A DNA stretch of 64,000 nucleotides from Clostridia bacterium (GTDB lineage: Bacteria > Bacillota > Clostridia > UMGS1883): assembly GCA_045596985.1 (NCBI GenBank), contig JAZODM010000044.1, forward strand, positions 6,222 to 70,221. The letters are read 5' to 3'. The position numbers were made by a program, and so were the translations under genes. Positions 7,795 to 17,781 of this stretch are shown here, piece by piece (within the stretch, counting starts at the first letter, position 1; every line of letters starts with the position of its first letter). Below the pieces are notes generated by a model. The model was not told the origin of the DNA and did not search any database. It worked only from the letters and a program-made list of their open reading frames with translations.

Positions 7795-9339
7795 ATGAAA
7801 AAAATTCTTACAATAATGCTGACTGCTATAGCGATACTTGTTATTATGCTTTCCTTTACAGTATCGGCATCTCAGCAGGTACAGGTAACGACTGCAAGCT
7901 TTCCCGTTGTTATAAACGGAAACATCGTAAACAATAGGATGCGTGAATATCCCTTTATTCTCTATAAGGATATTACATATTTTCCTATGACATATGAAGA
8001 CTGCGCATTTTTGGGTGTGGAAAATAACTGGACCGCACAAAGCGGCAACATCTTGACAAAAGCTACGCCCTCAGGTGTTTATTGCGACTACATCAGTACA
8101 CAGCTTAGTCTTGTAAAGCACGGGAAAGTTGCAACCATTGTGTCAACTCCCATAACGGTTCTTGGTGAAACCATAGATAATAATGCGCAGGAGTTTCCCA
8201 TCCTTAACTACAACAATGTTCTGTATTTTCCGCTGACATGGGACTGGTCACAGAAATTCGGATGGAGTACAATTTTTCACACAAACCGCACTTTAGAGGT
8301 TACCACAGAGGGATTTGATAATGCAGGATATTGTTTCCTCTACAGTATTGATAAATCAAAGGAACCTAAAAAACTTGACATACAGAATACTGATCTGCGG
8401 TATATGATGGATACTTACATAGAGGAATACAGCTATTCGCCTAATTATTCAGGTAACCCGTCCGCCACTGCAGACGGCTACAAATTTTTATATAAACTGG
8501 TTATGGCAGACGGAACGACCACTAATCATATTACTGTAAACGACAAGCTTTACCAGAAATTCAAGCAGGACGGATGGTTTGAAATAGGAGAAGAGGAACA
8601 GGCTGTTGCAGAGTTTGCCAAAACACATTCTATGCGGGATACTGCAAGAGCAATTACTCCGCTTCCTTACATAAAGATAGCGGACAGCGATCTCGAGTCA
8701 ATTCTGTATAATATAGCAACAAAATACACGACTCTTATATCAGCCGATCACAGAATATGTGCCGTAAAGGAAAGTGATGCTCAGGCATATAAGAGTGTGG
8801 GCTGGATGGGCGAGGAGGAGTACCTTGATTATTACGTAAACCTCTGCCTTGCAAGTGGTGATACGGGAAGTGCAATGACTTTCCTTGAAAAAACATTAGG
8901 AGAAGAAATCGCAGAAAACTTCGAAATAAGTGCCAAAATACCGTGGGATTATGACTATAGCCGTGTAGAACAAAAATATTATGACATTACTAAAAGCGTG
9001 CTTAATAAAATGAGTAAGGCGGTACAAGTGCGTGATGTATATGATTCAGCAAGAGTTGAAAGAGGAAAATTTATTGTCCTGAACTGTGCAGTTCCGGCAA
9101 GAAAGACCGTTAAAAGCGTGGAAGTATCCTTCGATGTGGTTGATGCCGGTGGCAAGGTAATCGCTTCGAGAACTGTTACGGAGAACATATACGCACAAAA
9201 TTACACAGACGGCAAACTTTTCGTCGCAGAGGGAATTTGCTATGCCTTCCAGTCTCCTGCGGAGAATGGAATCAAAAATGTTAAAGTCAAGAAAATTAAT
9301 ATTGTAGATACTGACTTCCGTCCTGGCGGTCAGGGTTAA
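7795..9339 (+). CDS. secreted hypothetical protein (signal peptide, two N-terminal repeats)
   Basis: Signal peptide MKKILTIMLTAIAILVIMLSF after a strong RBS. Repeats FP(V/I)xNxN...YFP(M/L)T(Y/W) occur twice. The ORF-track start at 7630 is rejected because two terminators lie inside that extension. Confidence 0.6.
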   Translation: MKKILTIMLTAIAILVIMLSFTVSASQQVQVTTASFPVVINGNIVNNRMREYPFILYKDITYFPMTYEDCAFLGVENNWTAQSGNILTKATPSGVYCDYISTQLSLVKHGKVATIVSTPITVLGETIDNNAQEFPILNYNNVLYFPLTWDWSQKFGWSTIFHTNRTLEVTTEGFDNAGYCFLYSIDKSKEPKKLDIQNTDLRYMMDTYIEEYSYSPNYSGNPSATADGYKFLYKLVMADGTTTNHITVNDKLYQKFKQDGWFEIGEEEQAVAEFAKTHSMRDTARAITPLPYIKIADSDLESILYNIATKYTTLISADHRICAVKESDAQAYKSVGWMGEEEYLDYYVNLCLASGDTGSAMTFLEKTLGEEIAENFEISAKIPWDYDYSRVEQKYYDITKSVLNKMSKAVQVRDVYDSARVERGKFIVLNCAVPARKTVKSVEVSFDVVDAGGKVIASRTVTENIYAQNYTDGKLFVAEGICYAFQSPAENGIKNVKVKKINIVDTDFRPGGQG

Positions 9340-9347
9340 AGAAATAG

Positions 9348-9388
9348 CAGGAGCATTGCAAAAAATAGCAATGCTTCTGTTTTTTTGA
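9348..9388 (+). terminator. rho-independent terminator
   Basis: Stem ggagcattgc/gcaatgcttc followed by tgttttttt. Confidence 0.7.
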
Positions 9389-9467
9389 AAATTAATGCAG
9401 GAGTGATAAAAAACACTTTATTTTGACACGCCTTTATGATATACTATCATAGATATATTATATACAG

Positions 9468-10754
9468 GTGATAGTGTTGAATTTACCGCAGGAATTCTTA
9501 GAAAGAATGAAAAACGATTTAAAAGAAGAATATGAAAGCTTCATAAAATGCTATGAAAAAGAGCCGTATAACGCCCTTCGTGTAAATACGCTCAAAATCA
9601 CGCCCGATGAATTTTGTGAAAGGCTTGATTTTTGGGGTGAAAGAGTAGAATGGTGTGAAAACGGATTTTACTACGAAGGCAAAAAGGGAAGTCACCCCTC
9701 AAGCATAGCGGGACTTTTTTATTCGCAGGAGCCGTCAGCACAGATTGCGGCGGAGCTTGCCGATATAAAAAGGGGCGATATTGTTCTTGATTTATGCGCA
9801 GCGCCCGGTGGAAAAAGCACGCAGCTTGCATCAAAGCTTTGCGGTGAAGGATTATTGGTATCAAACGAAATAAACGGCGGCAGGGCAAAAATTCTGTGTG
9901 AAAACATAGAACGTATGGGAATAAAAAATGCCGTTGTAACAAATATGCATCCACAAAAGATGGAGGAATGTTTTGAAGGCTTTTTTGATAAAATAATAGT
10001 TGATGCACCCTGCAGCGGTGAGGGAATGTTCCGCAAGGACGAAACTGCAGTGATAGAGTGGAGCCTTGAACACACGTATTCGTGCGCGCAAAGGCAGATG
10101 TCAATTCTTGATTCTGCATACAAAATGCTAAAATGCGGCGGAAGACTTGTATATTCAACCTGCACTTTTGCAAGGGTTGAAAATGAGGATGTGTGTCAAT
10201 GCTTTACAGAAAAGTACCCTGATATGGTGCTTCGGGAGAGTCATCGCCTGATGCCGCATAAGATAAAAGGGGAGGGGCATTTCTCGGCAGCCTTTATAAA
10301 AAATGGCGAAGAAAAATGTAAAAAGAGAACTCAACCAAAGCAGCCGGGAAAGGATATAGTAGAAAAATACAGGGAGTTTGAAAGGGAAAACCTTAACACA
10401 TCTCTTGAAGGCAATTTTGTTGCCTTTGGAGAGAACTTGTACCTTTTGCCGCGCGAGATGATTTCGCTTGACAAAATTAAATGCGTGCGCCCCGGACTAC
10501 TCCTGGGCGAAGTACGCAAAGGAAGGTTTATCCCGTCGCATCACCTTTGTATGGCGCTAAAAAAAGAAGAATTTAAACGCACCATTGCACTTTCAGATGA
10601 ACAAATCAGTGACTATGTAAAGGGCACTGCACTGCAGCTTGAAGGTGAAAAAGGGTACGGTGCAATGCTTTATATAGGGCAGTTCCCGATAGGCTGGTAT
10701 AAATACAGTGACGGGTATGCCAAAAATCATTACCCAAAAAATTTAAGGATATAA
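9468..10754 (+). CDS. rsmF: 16S rRNA m5C methyltransferase, RsmF/RsmB (NOL1/NOP2/Sun) family
   Basis: SAM motif DLCAAPGGKST, the catalytic region DAPCSGEGMFRKD, and TC-motif Cys residues. The start is GTG (or TTG at 9477). Confidence 0.8.
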   Translation: MIVLNLPQEFLERMKNDLKEEYESFIKCYEKEPYNALRVNTLKITPDEFCERLDFWGERVEWCENGFYYEGKKGSHPSSIAGLFYSQEPSAQIAAELADIKRGDIVLDLCAAPGGKSTQLASKLCGEGLLVSNEINGGRAKILCENIERMGIKNAVVTNMHPQKMEECFEGFFDKIIVDAPCSGEGMFRKDETAVIEWSLEHTYSCAQRQMSILDSAYKMLKCGGRLVYSTCTFARVENEDVCQCFTEKYPDMVLRESHRLMPHKIKGEGHFSAAFIKNGEEKCKKRTQPKQPGKDIVEKYREFERENLNTSLEGNFVAFGENLYLLPREMISLDKIKCVRPGLLLGEVRKGRFIPSHHLCMALKKEEFKRTIALSDEQISDYVKGTALQLEGEKGYGAMLYIGQFPIGWYKYSDGYAKNHYPKNLRI

Positions 10755-10768
10755 CAGGAGGAAGACTA

Positions 10769-11302
10769 ATGTTCAACGTATGGCATAATGTAAATCCCGA
10801 AAGAATTAAAAAAGAAGATTTCCTTGCCGTTATAGAAATTCCCAAGGGTGGGCGAAATAAGTACGAGCTTGATAAAGAAACGGGAATGATAATTCTTGAC
10901 CGTGTGCTTTACACATCAACGCATTATCCTGCAAACTACGGCTTTATTCCCAGAACGTATGCCGATGACGGTGACCCGCTTGACGTGCTTGTTCTGTGTC
11001 AGGAAAAGATAGACAGTCTCGTTTTGGTGCGCTGTTATCCGATAGGCGTTATCAAAATGATTGATGACGGAAAGGTTGACGAAAAGATTATAGCAATACC
11101 CTTCAGTGACCCGACCTATGCCGCATATAAGGAGCTTGGGGAATTGCCGGAGCATATTTCGCGTGAGATTTCGCATTTCTTTGAAGTATACAAAATGCTT
11201 GAAAACAAAGAGACTGCCGTAAATGAGGTTTTAGGCAGGGAAGATGCTGAAAAAATCATAGAAAGCTGCATTGCAGCATATAAAGAAAAAATCTTAGGAT
11301 AA
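10769..11302 (+). CDS. ppa: inorganic pyrophosphatase (family I)
   Basis: A 177-aa protein with the motifs EIPKGGRNKYELDKETG and DGDPLDVLV. Confidence 0.9.
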   Translation: MFNVWHNVNPERIKKEDFLAVIEIPKGGRNKYELDKETGMIILDRVLYTSTHYPANYGFIPRTYADDGDPLDVLVLCQEKIDSLVLVRCYPIGVIKMIDDGKVDEKIIAIPFSDPTYAAYKELGELPEHISREISHFFEVYKMLENKETAVNEVLGREDAEKIIESCIAAYKEKILG

Positions 11303-11315
11303 AGGAAGATAAAAT

Positions 11316-11903
11316 ATGGGAAAGCCCTTGTTTATACTTGCATCAAAATCTCCGCGAAGGAAGCAGCTGCTTCGTAGTATTGGACTTGATGCACAGATAA
11401 TCCCTGCAAATATTGACGAGAGCAAACTTAAAAATCTGCCGCCCGAAAAAATGGTGACACAGCTTGCGATGCTTAAGGCGACAGATGTAGCGCGCTCGTT
11501 TAAGGGGGAAACATACGTTATCGGTGCAGATACGTGCGTGCATATTGACGGGGAAATCCTCGGAAAACCGCGTGACATTGCCGATGCAAAAAGAATGCTT
11601 AATAAGCTCGGCGGGAGGGTGCACGAAGTATATACCGGCTACTGTGTGGTAAACTGCAAGAGCGGCAGCGCAGTAGCAAAGTGTGAAAAAACCCTCGTTA
11701 CATTCCGTAGCCTTTCTGAAAAGGAGATTGACGCGTACATAAAAACGCGTGAGCCTATGGATAAGGCAGGTGCATACGGAATTCAGGAAAAGGGTGCTAT
11801 GTTTATAGAGAAGATAGAGGGAGATTATTTTAACGTTGTCGGACTTCCCCTATGCGCACTTGCACAGATGCTGCGTGACGAGTTTAGTTTGGAAGTAATG
11901 TAG
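11316..11903 (+). CDS. maf: Maf-like nucleoside triphosphate pyrophosphatase
   Basis: The LASKSPRRKQLL N-terminus and the GAD...V..K motif, ~195 aa. Confidence 0.85.
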   Translation: MGKPLFILASKSPRRKQLLRSIGLDAQIIPANIDESKLKNLPPEKMVTQLAMLKATDVARSFKGETYVIGADTCVHIDGEILGKPRDIADAKRMLNKLGGRVHEVYTGYCVVNCKSGSAVAKCEKTLVTFRSLSEKEIDAYIKTREPMDKAGAYGIQEKGAMFIEKIEGDYFNVVGLPLCALAQMLRDEFSLEVM

Positions 11904-11939
11904 TCGTCGGAGAGCCAAGCTGGTTACGGCTTAAAAAGG

Positions 11940-11977
11940 GAAATTTCGTATAATACTGCAGAAAATTCTGCAAATAT
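11940..11977 (+). repeat. 38-nt promoter-like module, identical copy also at 38086-38123
   Basis: gaaatttcgtataatactgcagaaaattctgcaaatat contains a TATAAT box and the palindrome TGCAGAAAATTCTGCA. It lies 20 nt upstream of the mreC start. Confidence 0.7.
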
Positions 11978-11996
11978 TTAAAAGGAATGAATTCAA

Positions 11997-12815
11997 ATGA
12001 AAAAATTCAGTAAAAAGCATATTATAATATTTGCGTGTATAACCGTTTTGATACTTTCTGTTTCAGTAATTTCATTTAAGACGGGGAACAATGCAGTGTC
12101 AAATGTAATCGGCACGGTAATTTCGCCACTGCAAAGCGGCGCTGCAGCAGTGGTGCGGGGGACGAAAAATTTTGCGGTAAATATCGTTTCCTCCGGAAAA
12201 AACGCGCGTGAGAATGAAGAGCTTCGGACAGAGATTGCATCGCTTAATGACCAACTGCGAATGGTTGAGGGGTACAAAACAGAAAATGAAAAGCTGAGGG
12301 AACTTTTGGGACTTAGTGAGAGCCACAGCGAGTTTGAAAGTACAGCCGCAAACGTAATCGGCAGAAGTATAGACGAGCTTCACAGTACGATTACAATTGA
12401 CAAGGGAAAAAGGCACAACATAAAAAAGAATGCCGTTGTTTTTACTGCCGAGGGTCTTGTCGGCAGGGTAAGCGAGGTTGGCTATAACTTTGCCAAGGTA
12501 CAGACAATATTTGACGCGGAGAGTGCCGTTTCAGCAATTTGCCTGCGCAGCGGTGATATGGGAGTTGTAGAAGGCATATCTTCCTCTGCGAGCGGAATAT
12601 GCACAATGAATTACATTGACAAATCGGCAAAAACCGTTGTGGGTGATATGATTGAAACCTCCGCGGCAGGCGGCATATTCCCCAAAGGGATACTTATAGG
12701 AAAAATCACGCAAATCAAAGAGGATAGCCGCGCACTTACTCTAAGTGCGACAATCGAAACGGGCGTTAACCTCAGCGGTCTTGATACGGTTTTGGTAACA
12801 ACACAAATGCAGTAA
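11997..12815 (+). CDS. mreC: rod shape-determining protein MreC
   Basis: N-terminal TM segment, coiled coil (ENEELRTEIASLNDQLRMVEGYKTENEKLRELLGL), and a C-terminal beta domain. It sits upstream of mreD and PBP2. Confidence 0.85.
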   Translation: MKKFSKKHIIIFACITVLILSVSVISFKTGNNAVSNVIGTVISPLQSGAAAVVRGTKNFAVNIVSSGKNARENEELRTEIASLNDQLRMVEGYKTENEKLRELLGLSESHSEFESTAANVIGRSIDELHSTITIDKGKRHNIKKNAVVFTAEGLVGRVSEVGYNFAKVQTIFDAESAVSAICLRSGDMGVVEGISSSASGICTMNYIDKSAKTVVGDMIETSAAGGIFPKGILIGKITQIKEDSRALTLSATIETGVNLSGLDTVLVTTQMQ

Positions 12816-12830
12816 TGAGTTTTAAATGGA

Positions 12831-13346
12831 GTGAAAACAGTGAACAATGTGAAAAAGATGTTGGGGATATACATAGTTTTTTTGCTTCAGTCCCTGATAT
12901 TTGAAAACATAAAAATATTTTCGTGCTCGCCCGATATTCTGCTTGCAGTTGTGATTGTGTGCGCAGTATCAGTGGATTTTGTGCAGGCGGCGGTGCTTGG
13001 TGGGTTTGCAGGACTTCTTGCAGACGTTATATACGCAAGGGTGTTTGGGATAAACCTCCTTGTGTATATGTATCTTGGGCTGCTCGTAAGCCTTGCTGTT
13101 GATAAAAAGAATGACAATTCACCGCTTATAATGGGCTGGATTTGTTTTGTGTGCATCGCGCTTCTTCAGATAGTGATGGCACTTCTTAAATCAATGTTTG
13201 GTTACCCGTCGTCATTGGGAATTTTGGGGACAAGCATTTTGGTGAAGGGTCTTTTTGGTGCAGTGTTTGCATTTTTATCCGTAATTGTGCGCCAGCATAT
13301 CATAAAGCGCAGGGGAAAATCCCTTTTGGGTGAGGAGGGCGAGTAA
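12831..13346 (+). CDS. mreD: rod shape-determining protein MreD
   Basis: A polytopic membrane protein of ~170 aa between mreC and mrdA. Confidence 0.6.
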   Translation: MKTVNNVKKMLGIYIVFLLQSLIFENIKIFSCSPDILLAVVIVCAVSVDFVQAAVLGGFAGLLADVIYARVFGINLLVYMYLGLLVSLAVDKKNDNSPLIMGWICFVCIALLQIVMALLKSMFGYPSSLGILGTSILVKGLFGAVFAFLSVIVRQHIIKRRGKSLLGEEGE

Positions 13347-15364
13347 TGAAAACAAGACGTTATGTAATTTTTTACGCGCTTTTTGCCCTTGCGGCACTGA
13401 TGATTTCCGCGCGCCTTATAAATTTGCAGATTGCAAACGGCAGCTATTACAGAGAAAAAAGTGACTCGCGCACGGTGCGCAGTGTGGAACTTGCCTCTCC
13501 GCGCGGCGAAATTCTGGACAGAAACGGACGTGCGATTGTTTCAAACAGAACGGGGTATAACGTATATATCCTCTCTAACAGGGAGCGCACAAACACGCAG
13601 CTTAATAAGGTGATACGCAATCTTGATAAGGCGGTAGGATCAAAGGGGAGCTTTTCTGATGATGTACTGCCGATAAGTGTGACAGATGATAAGTATGAAT
13701 TTTATACAGGCGAGGAAGAAAGCCGTAAATGGAAAAAACAAAACGGCTACAAGGAAAAAGACAGTGCAGAGGAAATTATGGACAAGCTCTGCCAAAGATA
13801 CGATATTGATACAGGGAAATATACTAAAAAACAGATTACATTCATTGCATCAACGCGCACAGATATGGTAAAGCGCGGCTTTTCAATGGCATCGCCGTAT
13901 CTTTTTGCCGAGGATGTTCCGATAGAGGAGATTTCTGTTATAAAGGAGCAGGCGGAAAAATTCCCCGATGTCAGCGTTATAACGCAGCCGGTGCGAGATT
14001 ATCCGTATGGATCGCTCGGTGCGCATATGCTCGGTCGCGTAGGTATGATAAGTGCGCAGGAGTATGAGGAAAATGAGGATGACGGCTACAGCATAAATTC
14101 ACGTATCGGTAAGGACGGAATTGAAAAATATCTTGAAAAGCATCTGCGCGGTGAAAACGGCAGCGGCAGAATTGAACAGACTGCCGGCGGCTACAGTGTG
14201 GGTCAAAATGTGGAAAAGGAACCTGTAGCCGGAAAAAGCGTAAATCTTACAATAGACCTTGATATGCAGCTTGCAAGTGAAAAGGCACTGGAGGAAACTA
14301 TCCTTGAAATCAGCAGCGCATCAGACAGTGCGGAGGGCGGACGTGACGCATCAAGCGGAAGCATTGTGGTGATTGACGTTAATTCGGGCGATGTTCTGGC
14401 AATGGCGTCCTATCCGTCATATGATATTAAAACCTTCGGTATTAAGTATAACGAACTTGTGCAAAATCCTTCAAAGCCACTTTTTAACCGCGCTCTTTCA
14501 GGAACGTATTCACCTGCATCGACGTTTAAGCTCCTTGTGGGTGCGGCTGCACTGGAGGAAGGTGTTATAACTACCTCCGAGGAAATTTATGACTCGGGAA
14601 AATACACCTATTTCAAAGACTATCAGCCCGCATGCTGGATTTATAACCAAAAGGGTGTTACGCACGGATATTTGAATGTGTCAGAGGCTATACGCGATTC
14701 GTGCAATATCTTTTTCTATGAAACGGGCCGCAGACTTACTATCGAAAAAATTAACGATTATGCAAAGCTTTTCGGCTTTGGTCAAAAAAGCGGCATAGAG
14801 CTTAGCGCAGAGGAAAAAAGCGGCGTTGTGGCATCGCCCGAAAACAGAGAGAAAAACGGTGGAATATGGTATCCCGGCGATACGTGCCAGACGGCTATCG
14901 GTCAGTCGGACACACTCGTAACACCGTTGCAGCTTGCAAATTATATTGCCACAATAGCAAACGGCGGAACAAGGTACAAGCCGCATCTGATTAAATCACT
15001 TTCCGGAGAAGAAACACAGAGGAAAAGCGAGGTTCTTTCAAAGATAAACCTTAAGGAAGAAAACCGCACGGCGGTTGTAGATGGACTCAGAAGGGTTGTA
15101 ACCGAGGGTACGGCATTTACTGCGTTTCAAGGGTGCAAAACCTCTGTTGCGGCAAAGACAGGCAGCGCGCAAACCTCGGGCGTATATACAAATGGCGTAT
15201 GCGTGGCATATGCACCGTACGAAAAACCGCAGATAGCCATAGCGTGCGTTATTGAAAAGGCAGGCAGCGGCTCACACGTGGCAAAGGCAGTGAGAAAAGT
15301 TGTTGACAGCTATTTTGACAGCAGCGACGAAAATAATATGGAAACTGATGTGTTGACGCGATAA
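13346..15364 (+). CDS. mrdA: penicillin-binding protein 2 (class B transpeptidase)
   Basis: N-terminal TM segment, a dimerisation domain, and a transpeptidase domain with the STFK active-site motif plus a KTGSA (KTG-type) motif. Confidence 0.85.
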   Translation: MKTRRYVIFYALFALAALMISARLINLQIANGSYYREKSDSRTVRSVELASPRGEILDRNGRAIVSNRTGYNVYILSNRERTNTQLNKVIRNLDKAVGSKGSFSDDVLPISVTDDKYEFYTGEEESRKWKKQNGYKEKDSAEEIMDKLCQRYDIDTGKYTKKQITFIASTRTDMVKRGFSMASPYLFAEDVPIEEISVIKEQAEKFPDVSVITQPVRDYPYGSLGAHMLGRVGMISAQEYEENEDDGYSINSRIGKDGIEKYLEKHLRGENGSGRIEQTAGGYSVGQNVEKEPVAGKSVNLTIDLDMQLASEKALEETILEISSASDSAEGGRDASSGSIVVIDVNSGDVLAMASYPSYDIKTFGIKYNELVQNPSKPLFNRALSGTYSPASTFKLLVGAAALEEGVITTSEEIYDSGKYTYFKDYQPACWIYNQKGVTHGYLNVSEAIRDSCNIFFYETGRRLTIEKINDYAKLFGFGQKSGIELSAEEKSGVVASPENREKNGGIWYPGDTCQTAIGQSDTLVTPLQLANYIATIANGGTRYKPHLIKSLSGEETQRKSEVLSKINLKEENRTAVVDGLRRVVTEGTAFTAFQGCKTSVAAKTGSAQTSGVYTNGVCVAYAPYEKPQIAIACVIEKAGSGSHVAKAVRKVVDSYFDSSDENNMETDVLTR

Positions 15365-15383
15365 AAAAGAAAGGGAGCTTGTG

Positions 15384-15965
15384 ATGCTGAGTATTAAGGG
15401 GCGTGACAATGAAATAGAGCTTTGCTTTGAAGACGGTGTTACTTTTTCCCGGGCGCAGGAGGAAATAACAAAGCTTTTCAGCGGTGACAGTTTTTTTACG
15501 GGCACTGATATAAAAATTTCCTACAGTGGTACGCAGCTTAAGTATAACGAGGAAATGGAGCTTTCAAAAAAGATTAAGGAGCTTTTGGGAGAAGACGCCA
15601 CTCTTATAAAAAAGCATCGCCTTTCAACAGAGCAGATTGAATACTCCCTCTCAGACGGGGAGAGAATATGCCTTGTTATAAATAAATCGCTGCGAAGCGG
15701 CGAATGTGTGTCCTCCCGCGGGGATATTGTAATATACGGTGATGTTAACCCCGGGGCAGCTGTCACGGCGAGGGGTAATATAACTGTGATGGGCACGCTT
15801 CGCGGAAAAGCTTCAGTAACAGAGGACGGCAGGGTGTTCGCACTCAATATGCAGCCGTCGCAGATAAGGATAGGAAAGGTATATTCCTACAATAAAAAGG
15901 CGGAAAATGTAAAATGCGCGTACGCAGTGGCAGAAAATGACGAAATAATCTTGCAGTGTTTATAA
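15384..15965 (+). CDS. minC: septum site-determining protein MinC
   Basis: C-terminal beta-helix repeats (GDIVIYGDVNPGAAVTARGNITVMGTLRGKA). It sits upstream of minD. Confidence 0.85.
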   Translation: MLSIKGRDNEIELCFEDGVTFSRAQEEITKLFSGDSFFTGTDIKISYSGTQLKYNEEMELSKKIKELLGEDATLIKKHRLSTEQIEYSLSDGERICLVINKSLRSGECVSSRGDIVIYGDVNPGAAVTARGNITVMGTLRGKASVTEDGRVFALNMQPSQIRIGKVYSYNKKAENVKCAYAVAENDEIILQCL

Positions 15966-16023
15966 AATCATAGTGGACGAGCAGTAAAAATTATGGTAAA
16001 ATACCTGCGGAGGGTGAAAATGA

Positions 16024-16818
16024 ATGAGTGAAGTAATAGTTATAACAAGCGGAAAGGGCGGCGTGGGAAAAACCACAACCACCGCAAATATCGGTGCAGC
16101 ACTTGCCCTTTCAGGAAAAAAGGTTGTAATGATAGATACCGACATCGGACTTAGAAATCTTGACGTTATAATGGGCGTTGAAAACAGAATTGTATATGAC
16201 CTGGTCGATGTTGTGGAAAACCGTTGTACATATACAAAGGCACTTGTCAGGGACAAGCGGTATGAGGGGTTGTTTCTGCTTCCTGCGGCGCAGTCAAGGG
16301 ATAAGAGTGCCGTTACAACAACGCAGATGAAGCATCTTATAAGGCAGATGGAGGAGAGCTTTGACTATATCCTCATAGATTGTCCTGCAGGAATTGAGCA
16401 GGGCTTCCAAAATGCAGTTGCGGCAGCAAAACGCGCAATTGTTGTCGCAATGCCTGAGGTTTCAAGTGTACGTGATGCCGACAGAATTATAGGTCTACTC
16501 GAAAAGCACGAAATAAAGGACATAAAGCTTGTAATAAATAAGCTGCGACCCAGAATGGTTGAAAACGGCAGTATGCTGGGAATAGAGGATATGCTCGATA
16601 TTCTGGCAATAGACCTTCTCGGTGTAGTGCCTGACGATGAAGATATTATAGTAGCCGCAAACAAGGGCGAATATGTCAGCGCACAGAATGCTTCACGTGC
16701 GGGACAAGCCTACAGAAACATTGCATCAAGGCTTAACGGTGAAGAGGTAGAGCTTATGAATATGAAAGAAACTTTCTTTTCAAAGCTCTTTGCAAGAAGA
16801 CGGGGAGGGCTAAAATGA
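16024..16818 (+). CDS. minD: septum site-determining ATPase MinD
   Basis: Deviant Walker A SGKGGVGKTT and a C-terminal amphipathic helix. Confidence 0.92.
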   Translation: MSEVIVITSGKGGVGKTTTTANIGAALALSGKKVVMIDTDIGLRNLDVIMGVENRIVYDLVDVVENRCTYTKALVRDKRYEGLFLLPAAQSRDKSAVTTTQMKHLIRQMEESFDYILIDCPAGIEQGFQNAVAAAKRAIVVAMPEVSSVRDADRIIGLLEKHEIKDIKLVINKLRPRMVENGSMLGIEDMLDILAIDLLGVVPDDEDIIVAANKGEYVSAQNASRAGQAYRNIASRLNGEEVELMNMKETFFSKLFARRRGGLK

Positions 16819-17048
16819 GACACTTTTTTCGTAAAATGTCTGAAACTTCCGTTACATATGCAAAAAACAGATTGAAATCTGTGGTAAATAGTGATAGAAT
16901 AAATGTATCACAAAACAAAACGCTGGAGAAAATACGTAAAGAGGTTACGACAGTTCTTTTGAAGTATTCAAAGGATCAGATGACCGAGGTATCTGTAAGC
17001 TGCCCCGAGGGTTCTACATATGTCCTCGCGGCACAGTTTGAGATTTAG
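16815..17048 (+). CDS. minE: cell division topological specificity factor MinE
   Basis: A 77-aa protein whose start overlaps the minD stop. The amphipathic N-terminus is typical. Confidence 0.7.
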   Translation: MRHFFRKMSETSVTYAKNRLKSVVNSDRINVSQNKTLEKIRKEVTTVLLKYSKDQMTEVSVSCPEGSTYVLAAQFEI

Positions 17049-17090
17049 ACGATATGGTTTAATAGCCGATTTGAAGGAGAGCTACAAAAG

Positions 17091-17513
17091 ATGAACATTG
17101 CTTTAATTGCGCACGATAAGAAAAAGGAATTGATGGTGCAATTTTGTATTGCTTATAAAGGGATTTTGTCAAAGCATAAGCTTTATGCAACGGGAACAAC
17201 CGGCGGACTTATTATTGAGGCAACGGGGCTTGACGTTCACCGTTTTCTTTCAGGTCCGCAGGGCGGTGACCAGCAGATAGGGGCGCATATTGCCTATGAC
17301 GAGATTGACCTTGTGCTGTTTTTTAGAGACCCGCTTACAGCTCAGCCGCATGAGCCTGATGTAAGTGCGCTTTTCCGCCTTTGTGACGTTCATAACGTAC
17401 CGCTTGCAACAAATGTTGCAACTGCAGAGGTTTTGATACACGGTCTCCAGCGGGGCGACCTTGACTGGCGTGATATCGTAAATCCCAAGAGTAAGGTTGG
17501 AATAGGGGAGTAA
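17091..17513 (+). CDS. mgsA: methylglyoxal synthase
   Basis: [12 protein letters not shown]...ATGTTG...HVDAL motifs, 140 aa. Confidence 0.9.
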   Translation: MNIALIAHDKKKELMVQFCIAYKGILSKHKLYATGTTGGLIIEATGLDVHRFLSGPQGGDQQIGAHIAYDEIDLVLFFRDPLTAQPHEPDVSALFRLCDVHNVPLATNVATAEVLIHGLQRGDLDWRDIVNPKSKVGIGE

Positions 17514-17515
17514 TT

Positions 17516-17779
17516 ATGGAGTCAAGAGTTGCGCTTATTGCAATAATTGTGGAGGCGCCCGAAAAGGCGGTAGAGGTTAACGAAATTCTGCACGAATACG
17601 GAGATTTCATTATAGGCAGAATGGGAATCCCCTACAGACAAAAGGGTGTGAATATTATTTCCATAGCCATTGATGCCCCACAGGAGGTTATCAGTGCGCT
17701 TTCAGGAAAAATAGGAAAAATAGAAAATGTTAATGTGAAAACCGCATTTTCAAATATTATTACCAAGGATGAGGAATAG
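17516..17779 (+). CDS. putative iron-only hydrogenase system regulator (TM1266-like small protein)
   Basis: An 87-aa ACT/ferredoxin-like-fold protein immediately upstream of hydF. This is the typical position for this family. Confidence 0.45.
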   Translation: MESRVALIAIIVEAPEKAVEVNEILHEYGDFIIGRMGIPYRQKGVNIISIAIDAPQEVISALSGKIGKIENVNVKTAFSNIITKDEE

Positions 17780-17781
17780 TT

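Noticed and set aside
9598-10173. 191-aa and 148-aa minus-strand ORFs
   Set aside because: They are antisense within the rsmF-like methyltransferase gene.
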